From: Verrucomicrobiota bacterium
GTDB lineage: Bacteria; Verrucomicrobiota; Verrucomicrobiia; Chthoniobacterales; JAFAMB01
Direction of reading: 5' to 3'
Assembly (NCBI GenBank): GCA_019237325.1
Contig: JAFAHI010000613.1
Location: 1-55,996, forward strand
DNA length: 55,996 nucleotides
Under the pieces are notes generated by a model. The model ran no database searches. It had not been told where the DNA came from and worked only from the letters and a program-made list of their open reading frames with translations. How positions within the stretch are numbered: the stretch's first letter is position 1; the number at the start of each line of letters is the position of its first letter. The position numbers and the translations under genes were made by a program. Shown here in pieces: positions 9,843-18,124 of the stretch.

Positions 9843-9864
9843 TTACATAACGATAGTTATGTAA
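9843..9864. promoter_or_regulatory. candidate TetR operator: perfect palindrome TTACATAAC-GATA-GTTATGTAA
   Basis: It has 9-bp perfect arms and sits in the 124-bp divergent spacer. An extra half-site, TTACATAACG, lies at 9781-9790. Confidence 0.65.
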
Positions 9865-9905
9865 TAACCACCCTATCCATCAACAACCCCTAATATCTGC
9901 AACCT

Positions 9906-10334
9906 ATGCCAATTACTGTTTACGCTACGGAGGGCATTCTGAATGCCGAAGCCGAAAATGTAGTTTTTTCTGAGCTCACCAATCTCTTTCTGAGACTTCA
10001 CCAGCTTGAGGGGAACGACTTCATTACGCCGAACATCATCGGAGAAGTGCGCCGGATCCCGCCCGAGCAGTCCTATGCTGGTGGGAAACGGGCCAGCATC
10101 GTCATCATCGAACTTAAAGTACCCTCGTTCGCGTTGACTGAACCTAACCAGAGAGAGGCGTTTATCGAGGAGGCCACCAGCATCGTGCAGCAGGCGAGCG
10201 GCGGCCGCCAACCGAAAGAGCGGATCTGGGTTAACATGGTTTACGCCATCGACGGTTTCTGGGGCATTGGCGGAAAAGCGTACACTAACAACCAGCTCAT
10301 CGCCGCGGTTACCCACGAGGCGGTTAGCGGTTAG
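9906..10334 (+). CDS. tautomerase-superfamily protein (Pro-1 type)
   Basis: 142 aa beginning MPI (Pro at position 2, as in the 4-OT/tautomerase superfamily). It has a duplicated beta-alpha-beta-like layout and is divergent from the TetR gene. Confidence 0.5.
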   Translation: MPITVYATEGILNAEAENVVFSELTNLFLRLHQLEGNDFITPNIIGEVRRIPPEQSYAGGKRASIVIIELKVPSFALTEPNQREAFIEEATSIVQQASGGRQPKERIWVNMVYAIDGFWGIGGKAYTNNQLIAAVTHEAVSG

Positions 10335-10502
10335 TTGTGGGGCCGCGGGACGACGGAGGAAGTTTGCGTTTTGCGGCAATCCTGCTTTGTGGCTTCGTGT
10401 CTTTGTGTGAGACTTGCTTGGCCCTGTTGTGTGAATCTTACAGCTCAATAGCTTCTAGCTGGAGAACAAGCGTATCCAAAACTTCCTTTATTTGGCCCCG
10501 CG

Positions 10503-10814
10503 GTGCCCTCGGATAATTCAGCTGGCGTTTTTGGCGCCGACTGTGGCAGACTGATTTGCAAGAGATTCACTACCATGGGCGAGCAACAGTTTAAGGACGC
10601 CGCCACGCGGATCACCGGGCTGTTCGAAACGTGTGGTGCGGCGGCGGCAGTAGCCGAGCAAGAGCGGGTAAATCAGACGTTAAAGCCCAAGAACCTGTAT
10701 ATCCGGTTCGAAGGCCGGCCAGGAGGCCGTCATCTAGCCTTTCGCCTCTACCGTAGCGATACGAGGCCGCATCAGGTCATCTTAGACCTTAATATGTGGC
10801 TCAAGCCGGTCTAG
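10503..10814 (+). CDS. hypothetical small protein (alternative start at the MGEQQF Met near 10575)
   Basis: This is an ORF only. I recognise no motif. Confidence 0.3.
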   Translation: MPSDNSAGVFGADCGRLICKRFTTMGEQQFKDAATRITGLFETCGAAAAVAEQERVNQTLKPKNLYIRFEGRPGGRHLAFRLYRSDTRPHQVILDLNMWLKPV

Positions 10815-11061
10815 GCGGGCAGCAGTCCGCCAGCTTCCGAGTCACAAAGGTCAAGGAAGCGCTCGCGCCGCACGACCACTATTTCACGTCGCTTCGGATC
10901 ATGGAGTTCACACCTTAATGCTGATTAGACCAAGAAAGCGCACTAACACACCTCGGAAACTTTTGTTACTTATTGACCACTATCAACCGCGCAGCACGAT
11001 AAAATAACCTTGCCAATCTTGTTTCTAATTTGATACATCCACTTCGTCGAATGCCTGAGAT

Positions 11062-11535
11062 ATGAAAATATACATACTCAAGGATAGGTTGAAATTCCTC
11101 GCATGGATGGGCAGGAAAGCTCCCGATACTATCGACGCTGTGCGGGAACACATCACAGACAACTGGCACTACTTTCAGCAAGGCTGGTACAAATTTTTTC
11201 TTATCGTGGATGGAGAACTGAATCAGGGACAGCTATTGTATGCCGGCGTGATTAGAGACGCTTACGCGGAACGATCGATTAGAGGCTGGAACACAGAGAT
11301 GGTCGAAATGGGCTCTTATTTGGCCGGAAGTCACGACGTTCCTTACAAAGAGGGCGGATTTACGATTGACCACGAGTTCTACCGCTGGAAAAGTTTTCCC
11401 CATAGATTCTCGAAGAAGGACGCGATGAAGGCACTAATTGCCTGCGGGAAGCAGGCGCCGTCGGTAAAGGAGAAGCACCAGGGGCCTGACATGAACGATT
11501 TTGGCCCAGGGCACGAAAAGGGCATCACTTTCTGA
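11062..11535 (+). CDS. hypothetical protein
   Basis: 157-aa ORF in an AT-richer patch, Trp/Tyr-rich, with no recognisable family. Confidence 0.45.
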   Translation: MKIYILKDRLKFLAWMGRKAPDTIDAVREHITDNWHYFQQGWYKFFLIVDGELNQGQLLYAGVIRDAYAERSIRGWNTEMVEMGSYLAGSHDVPYKEGGFTIDHEFYRWKSFPHRFSKKDAMKALIACGKQAPSVKEKHQGPDMNDFGPGHEKGITF

Positions 11536-11911
11536 GCACACGATGTTTTGCCTTCCTAGCTGAGAACATTTATCGATCTCAGTTATCCGGCAAGTCACCT
11601 CCGTAAAGCCGATGGTTCTGGATTTCGGAAGGTGCCGAGTGGGTCACGCCTAAGTCTTCAACACATGCTTTTTTCTTCTGTTGAAGATACTTGTTAGACT
11701 CGCTCCCGCAACATAGCGTTGCCTGTCCAGCCCGGGGCACAAATTCTGAGCGAATGAGCCCGGAAGAGGCCCTGAACAACGCCGACAGCCACGCCTACTT
11801 CGTCACTTAGATGGTAGCACACGTTTCCTTCGAGTGACTCCACGCATTCGCTTCTGCCAGCTACGATAAACGTTGATGACTCAACTGTGCCCGCATATTA
11901 CTTTTGTTTGA

Positions 11912-13915
11912 ATGAGTCACGAAAGTACCGCCATTGGCTTTCCCGATGGCTACGGGCCGCTGCCGCTGGATCTCGAAGTCGGTGTTGCCCCGGTCAGGAT
12001 CGCTCTAGTCACCCGGTCTGCACCCGCAGCCGAAACACCGATGCTAATGCTTCGGGAGACCATCGACGCTTCTATCTATCTAGGTTGCCTGATAGATGCC
12101 AGCGGTGATCCAAAGACCTGGATCGAGATCTGGGTCCAGAATGTTGATCACATGGCTCACGGTTTCCAGGCCCAGATTGAGGCCTTGAGCAACTCCGTGA
12201 TCGACCATCGCTGGTCCGCACGGCTGGACACTCTCCGGAAGCTCGACCGAACTGCGGTGATCGAGACCGGATGGGAAACAGTCCACCCGCGGCCTGCCTT
12301 CTTCGATTCCAAGACGGGGAGATTCGTTCACCCGGCTGAACCCGCGACAGGTAAGCCCTTCGTGCTCTGCACCGACGACGCCTCATTAGCCGCAGCGGGA
12401 TTACCCACTTACACTGGTTCTCTTCATCGTTATTTGTGGAATGGACCGGACATCGACACGCCGGCTTTTGTTGCGGTTACCAACCAGGCGCCGATTCCAT
12501 CTGGCGTCAGACCCGCATCCCAGGCTTTCCCAGACTTGTTGCCTTTCAATCCGGCCGGAGGATTCCTCTTGGTTCGTTCGTTTTGTCCACTGAAACTCGC
12601 GGATTTCGCTGACATTCTCGCGGGCAAGTCCTGGCCCGGTTTCTCCTGCGCCAGAGCTTCCTTCGATCTGGGCGGCGCTTACTCTGAGCTGGAGGATGCC
12701 GACAGGATCGTACAAAAAGGCGCTCATCTTTTCGCCGGCCGCGACGGCGGCGCGGGCCAACTGCGGGAGGTATTCCATCTAAAGATGAACCTGATCCAGC
12801 AGGTTCTCGTACAGATTCGTGAAGCCATTCGATCCGAGCAATTACCCGTGCTCAACCTCAACGCAGAAAGCTTTCGAGTCAGGCTATCTCAGACAGGAGT
12901 CGGTTTGCCGTTCTTTTGGACAGCGCGCGTTGAGCTAGTGGAGTCGTGTGCCGGAGTGGCATTGCCGATCCCCACGAGTGATTTGCGCTACTTCGTGCCG
13001 CCGGCGATTCCGGGGCCGTCAGTTTATCGTCCCCAAACCTTGACTGCGCTCGCGGCCGGAGAAGGTGAGTTAAGAATCAGAAAAATGCTCGACCCCGGGC
13101 CAGAAGGAATTTCCATCGAGGCAACGCTGGCGACCGATGAGCGTTTGGCGATTACCGGAAGCGACCTTATCCATATCCGGTTGGGTTTACCGGTCGGGCG
13201 CGTGGATTTGTATGGCTATGCCGACGAGTCAGCTGCCCTGGCCAAAGGCGAAACGCGCGTTCGGACACTGCCTCAAAGATTGCCTGATTCCGTTATGACG
13301 GCTCTAGGCCAAGCAACGGGTACGCCGATCAGGACAGCACACTTTGAAATTTTGCCGCTGCTCGCTTCTCCTTGCGATATGTATGCTGCTGGAGTAATCG
13401 CTGCTCGCATTCTCCTGGTCGATGAGGAAAACACTTTGAGCGTCGCGGTGGACGAGTTGTTAAGTCTGGCCCAGCAGCTGGCAACTCAATACGATCACGA
13501 AAGGACGTTTCCTGCGCGACTGCGTGCAATCGTCGACGCGGATCCACGCTGGGGTCCCGCGCTTGGGCCGCACCGGCTCGTTGCCAATTCCGGGATGCGT
13601 GAAACGGCTGCCCGGGTGATTCCAAGCGATCTCTGGTGGGATACAATCGGACTCATCCTTCGCCTGTTTCCAGGTACCGGTCCGGATAGTTTTTGCCGAA
13701 ACTTTGGTGATGCGCCGCCCTTAGCGCTGGATGCGATCTTTGAAAAGCCGCTGGCGGAGCTTGAGCTTTTACAGGTCCGGAGCCGAAGTTTAGTCGTGAC
13801 AGATTGGGATCAAAACATCGAAATTCGGGAGGCCATCGCCAAGGTGATGGCTAAACATGCTATGGAAGATTCAGCAACGAACTCCCGGACTCTGGTCATG
13901 GATCGATCGGATTAG
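11912..13915 (+). CDS. large hypothetical protein, probably co-transcribed with the downstream kinase
   Basis: 667 aa with coding-like composition throughout, ending 36 nt before the kinase start. The C-terminal segment (SPCDMYAAGVIAARILL) resembles kinase subdomain IX, but I see no catalytic motifs. Confidence 0.6.
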   Translation: MSHESTAIGFPDGYGPLPLDLEVGVAPVRIALVTRSAPAAETPMLMLRETIDASIYLGCLIDASGDPKTWIEIWVQNVDHMAHGFQAQIEALSNSVIDHRWSARLDTLRKLDRTAVIETGWETVHPRPAFFDSKTGRFVHPAEPATGKPFVLCTDDASLAAAGLPTYTGSLHRYLWNGPDIDTPAFVAVTNQAPIPSGVRPASQAFPDLLPFNPAGGFLLVRSFCPLKLADFADILAGKSWPGFSCARASFDLGGAYSELEDADRIVQKGAHLFAGRDGGAGQLREVFHLKMNLIQQVLVQIREAIRSEQLPVLNLNAESFRVRLSQTGVGLPFFWTARVELVESCAGVALPIPTSDLRYFVPPAIPGPSVYRPQTLTALAAGEGELRIRKMLDPGPEGISIEATLATDERLAITGSDLIHIRLGLPVGRVDLYGYADESAALAKGETRVRTLPQRLPDSVMTALGQATGTPIRTAHFEILPLLASPCDMYAAGVIAARILLVDEENTLSVAVDELLSLAQQLATQYDHERTFPARLRAIVDADPRWGPALGPHRLVANSGMRETAARVIPSDLWWDTIGLILRLFPGTGPDSFCRNFGDAPPLALDAIFEKPLAELELLQVRSRSLVVTDWDQNIEIREAIAKVMAKHAMEDSATNSRTLVMDRSD

Positions 13916-13951
13916 TCAAGAGCGATCTTTTGATTTATTCTTCTGCCGCGC

Positions 13952-16900
13952 ATGGCTGAGGTTGAGCGCTACCAACAATACGAAGTGCTTCGTCGCACGG
14001 ATGGCAGCCTGTGGGAGCTGGGCCGGGGAGCGATGGGAATCACGTATAAGGCTTTCGACACCAACCTGCACTGTCCGGTGGCGTTAAAGGTCATCAACTC
14101 TACCTACCTGCAAAACGAAACTGCCCGGCAAAGATTTCTGCGGGAAGCACGGGCCGCCGCAGCGCTACGGCATCCGAACGTGGCCTCGGTCTTCAACCTC
14201 AGCACGAACCAGGACAACTTCTTTTATGTCATGGAGTTCATCGACGGGGAAACCGTTGAGGCTCTGGTAAAGCGTAAAGGAAGCCTGGAACCGATCGAGG
14301 CACTGAATATCACGCTGCAAGTCGCTCGGGCGTTGGCCGCCGCCGCCAAACAACGGTTGGTCCATCGTGACTTAAAGCCCGCTAACCTGATGTTGGTCGA
14401 TCAGGAAGGCGAATCGGTGGTTAAGGTCATCGACTTTGGCCTCGCAAAAAGCGCCAAGGATTCGAACGAAGAAAGCGCCGCACTCACGGTGGGCGGATTT
14501 GTGGGTACCCCTCACTTTGCCAGTCCGGAACAGGTGGAAGAAGGTGATCTGGATGTGCGTTCGGATATCTACTCGCTTGGAGCCACCCTTTATTTCATAC
14601 TGACCGGCAAACCACCCTTTTCCGGTTCTGTCGGCCAGGTAATGAGCCAGCATTTGTACAAGGCGATCTCCATCGAGCCTTTAGCCGGCGTGCCCCCCTG
14701 CGTAATCGCTCTACTCCAAAACATGTTGGAGAAAGATCGGGCGAAACGACCGCAAACGCCGCGAGATTTGCAGGACGCCATTGCCACCTGTTTCGAAGAG
14801 ATTCGCTCGCCTTCGCCCCGAATCGTGACGCAAACCAGCGCTGCGCCACTGGAACCTTTTAGCCCGGGAACATTTGTCCAGGAGAATTACCGGTTGATTG
14901 AACCACTTGGCGAGCGCCCTCAGGGGCAATACTTTCTGGTCGAGGATCTTCGTCGCAACCGTTTGGCTCGCCAACTGGCGTTAAAGCCGGAGTTCATTTC
15001 AGACCCGCATTGGTACGAGCCACTAGAATTAGCAGTCACGCGATTACGGAGTGCGCCGCACCCATTGCTCCGAGAGGTATATTATTTAGAAAACGCTCCC
15101 GGCGAGGGCATCCTCGTGGAGGAGCACGTCATAGGCCCTAGCTTGTTGGATTTTCTTAAGGCTCGCAGTATTCTGAGCGCCCCGGAAGTCGTGCATCTGG
15201 CCACCCTTTTGGCGCCCCTAGCCGATCACGCCAGCGCTAGCCGGCTGGAGTACGTCGACCTTAGCTTATCCGGTATTCACTTCGTTAATTGGGAACCGAG
15301 CGCCACTGAGCCTGCGCTATCGGAGCGTTCCTTGCTTAATTCGGAGAATCTCGAACTGAAAGTCGACGGGCTCGACTTTTCTTTTACTTCCTCGCAAGCG
15401 GGTACTTTGGTTGGACTTGATACGATGATAGCGAGCGCCGCCGTCAGTGGACCGCGCGCAAGTTATGTGCGTTCGCTGAGCTTGCTCTCCTATGAATTAC
15501 TTGGTGGGCCACGCACGCGGGTGGAGGCGACAGGCCAATATAAACCGATTGCAGCGCTGACCCAGGAAGGAAACACCGTCTTAAAGCGAGGATTGGTTGA
15601 TGATTTTCCATCCGCAGTCGAGTTGGCCAAGCTGCTAGCGGCGGCGGCCAATCCCAAAGAATTCACTTCTGAAATTCGCGGCGACCAGCCCACCGCAACC
15701 AGCCGGCAAGCCGAAAAACTCGGCTCGATAACCTCCGTTTCTAAAAGCGCTGCGAGCGAGGCCCAAGAGGCGGTTCTCGGCGTTCCGCCATCGACGACCA
15801 CGAGCGAGCTCCCAAGTAAGCGGAGCCAGACGCCGGCCAGGTTGCGATTGGGTCTAGCAATCGCTTTGATTGCTTTGATAGGAGTCGGAGGCTACCTCAT
15901 TTATCCGCGACTCCGGCCAGCCCGGGAGATTGCCGCACTCTCAATTCAGAGCGATCCACCTGGCGCCTCTGTTCTGCTCGACGGTAAACCGCCACAGACG
16001 CCGCCAAACACATTTACTCATGTCCCTTTCGGGCTCCACCACATCACCGCGAGTTTGGATAACTATGAGCCCCTTAAACAGGATCTTGAGGTCCGTAAGG
16101 GTATGGTTCCTGGAGTCCGTTTGAAACTGACTGAAAAGCAGGAAATCGCAGCGCTCGCGGTACAGACGGATCCGGCCGGCGCCTCGATTTTTCTGGACGG
16201 CAAACCTCCGCAAACACCCCCGAAGACCTTCGAACATGTTCCCTTTGGTACCCATCAGCTTACGGCTGCTTTGGATGGGTACGAGCTCGCTCAACAGGAA
16301 CTGCAAGTGCGCAGCGGCATGAGTCCAAATCTCTATTTAAAGCTTAATCGAAAACTCAGCCCTACTGAAAAATTCCTGGGTGAGGTAAAGCAGGCCAGGG
16401 AAGGTTCACCCCAACAACTCAATGCCTATGTCCATCTCGCTCAGCTTTCAGCACCAGACTCGGGGGAATACACCAAAGAACTTGAAAAGCTTATAGAACA
16501 GTTGAGGACCAAAGCACCGCCGATCACAAGCGCGGAATTTAATCTTTCCTACAAAGACACTATTAAGGCAGCCGCTGATCTTAACATTATTCCAGCGATT
16601 TTGTGGTTAGCTGAGAACGAGCAAGGAAACGGGGCCCTGGATCTGTTTCTGCGCGCAGCAAAATTGGGAAATTCGTATGCGATGCTGAGAGCCGGCCGCG
16701 CTTATTTAAGAAAGGGAACGCCGAGCGATAACGAAGAAGGTTTCAAATTGCTCAACCAGGCTTATAACGCTCCTGATCGTAACCTGGAGGCTGGGGCCTA
16801 TATCGGTGATTGCTACCTGAGCGGCGTAGGAACTCAACGCGACCTGCAAAAAGCCGAAGACATTATTCTCCCCCTAGCTAACCAAAATGTCGTCCCGGCA

Positions 16901-17341
16901 ATGACGATCGCCGGACGCATCCTTGCGGTTAAATCAAATAACGCGGTTACCGAAGCCCAGAAAGCTGGGACAACGCCGGAGAGACGAAAACAACTTCAAG
17001 CGGAGGCGGATGATCTCGCGCGTCAGGCTGTGACCTGGTGGGAACGCGCATTGGAAAAAGGTGATTGGAACGCGTCGGCTCACTTGGGCCAATGCGCTGA
17101 GCTTGGGTGGGGCGGCGTTAACAAAAGCGAAGAGGAAGCAGAAAAAAGATATAAAGAGGGGGCGGACCATCGAAACCCAATCAGCACGTTCTACTACGGT
17201 CTGGCGATTCAGAATAAACCCGGCCGGCGTGCTGAAGCAGAAGAGTTCATCAGCAAAGCCGCCGGTGCAGGTATTCCCTCCGCCATCAAATGGTGCAAAG
17301 ACAACAACGTCTCTTTTACGCAATCTAGCCAGCAGGAGTAG
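13952..17341 (+). CDS. transmembrane Ser/Thr protein kinase: kinase domain, degenerate kinase-like region, TM helix, 2x PEGA, Sel1/TPR repeats
   Basis: It has a GxGxxG-like ELGRGAMG, VALK, HRDLKPANL, DFGLAK and GTPHFASPE. The TM helix is LGLAIALIALIGVGGYLIY. Two 72-aa PEGA copies are present (DPPGASVLLDGKPPQTPP / DPAGASIFLDGKPPQTPP). Sel1-type repeats follow (GNSYAMLRAGRAY, AHLGQCAELGWG). Confidence 0.9.
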   Translation: MAEVERYQQYEVLRRTDGSLWELGRGAMGITYKAFDTNLHCPVALKVINSTYLQNETARQRFLREARAAAALRHPNVASVFNLSTNQDNFFYVMEFIDGETVEALVKRKGSLEPIEALNITLQVARALAAAAKQRLVHRDLKPANLMLVDQEGESVVKVIDFGLAKSAKDSNEESAALTVGGFVGTPHFASPEQVEEGDLDVRSDIYSLGATLYFILTGKPPFSGSVGQVMSQHLYKAISIEPLAGVPPCVIALLQNMLEKDRAKRPQTPRDLQDAIATCFEEIRSPSPRIVTQTSAAPLEPFSPGTFVQENYRLIEPLGERPQGQYFLVEDLRRNRLARQLALKPEFISDPHWYEPLELAVTRLRSAPHPLLREVYYLENAPGEGILVEEHVIGPSLLDFLKARSILSAPEVVHLATLLAPLADHASASRLEYVDLSLSGIHFVNWEPSATEPALSERSLLNSENLELKVDGLDFSFTSSQAGTLVGLDTMIASAAVSGPRASYVRSLSLLSYELLGGPRTRVEATGQYKPIAALTQEGNTVLKRGLVDDFPSAVELAKLLAAAANPKEFTSEIRGDQPTATSRQAEKLGSITSVSKSAASEAQEAVLGVPPSTTTSELPSKRSQTPARLRLGLAIALIALIGVGGYLIYPRLRPAREIAALSIQSDPPGASVLLDGKPPQTPPNTFTHVPFGLHHITASLDNYEPLKQDLEVRKGMVPGVRLKLTEKQEIAALAVQTDPAGASIFLDGKPPQTPPKTFEHVPFGTHQLTAALDGYELAQQELQVRSGMSPNLYLKLNRKLSPTEKFLGEVKQAREGSPQQLNAYVHLAQLSAPDSGEYTKELEKLIEQLRTKAPPITSAEFNLSYKDTIKAAADLNIIPAILWLAENEQGNGALDLFLRAAKLGNSYAMLRAGRAYLRKGTPSDNEEGFKLLNQAYNAPDRNLEAGAYIGDCYLSGVGTQRDLQKAEDIILPLANQNVVPAMTIAGRILAVKSNNAVTEAQKAGTTPERRKQLQAEADDLARQAVTWWERALEKGDWNASAHLGQCAELGWGGVNKSEEEAEKRYKEGADHRNPISTFYYGLAIQNKPGRRAEAEEFISKAAGAGIPSAIKWCKDNNVSFTQSSQQE

Positions 17342-17526
17342 GAGAGCAAGACTAACACGCTGAACGGGTTGCAGCTAGATGACCCTTAAATAGTCGCTGT
17401 CGCGTCTATTTAAAGGACAGACTTCGTAAAGGGCAGATCAAGAAAATTTGAAGCACCCTGTTCCGAATTCTCACTCAAAAAACAGCGGCAGAATGTTCCG
17501 GCGTAGCTGGGGCATTCCGCCGCCGT

Positions 17527-17611
17527 AGCCTGCATCGCTCGCAAATGCGTCAGGCCCGCCCGCGTCGCTACGCGAAGCGTTGGCCTGACGCTTTTGCGAG
17601 CGATGCAGGCT
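17527..17611. repeat. 30-nt inverted repeat (17527-17556 / 17582-17611, 29/30) forming a long hairpin flush against the stop codon of the 17612-18031 gene
   Basis: AGCCTGCATCGCTCGCAAATGCGTCAGGCC pairs with GGCCTGACGCTTTTGCGAGCGATGCAGGCT. It lies between convergent genes. Confidence 0.8.
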
Positions 17612-18031
17612 TTACTGACCAACATACTCCGGATCAAGACTCGCGATGTTTGCGATCGTTCCGGTTTGCAGGGGAGTCTTGAACTCGTAAACGTAATTGT
17701 CGGCGAGGGTTTCTCCCTCCAGCGTATAGCGCATCTTGACTTGTTTAGCCTCGGGAGAGGTCTCAGCACTTCGAACTGTCGCAATCAAGACCGTCTTGAT
17801 GTGCTTCTTTTTGAGCTCCTGTTTTTTCGCCGGTGTTAATTGTTTGAAGAACGCTTTCGCATTCTGCTCGGCCACGCGGCGCTGGTACTCGGTTGCCGTG
17901 TGCCGAATAAATTGGGTCTGCGTCCGGATCGCGCGCAGCGTTGTGAGGTCATCACCGAACCCGAGAACCATTGAGGTGTTAAGGGCCATCCAGGCCAAAC
18001 ATGCGATGTACTTCAGAAGTGCGCTGTTCAC
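17612..18031 (-). CDS. hypothetical exported protein
   Basis: 139 aa with a signal-like N-terminus (LLKYIACLAWMALNTSMVLG). I recognise no family. Confidence 0.45.
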   Translation of the reverse strand: MNSALLKYIACLAWMALNTSMVLGFGDDLTTLRAIRTQTQFIRHTATEYQRRVAEQNAKAFFKQLTPAKKQELKKKHIKTVLIATVRSAETSPEAKQVKMRYTLEGETLADNYVYEFKTPLQTGTIANIASLDPEYVGQ

Positions 18032-18124
18032 GACATCCGGAGCTTCTATCGCACACGCCTGTTTAAGGCAAGATTCATAAAACTAGGATTGTCATATGTG
18101 CCATAGATTTGATATCAAGCCCCG

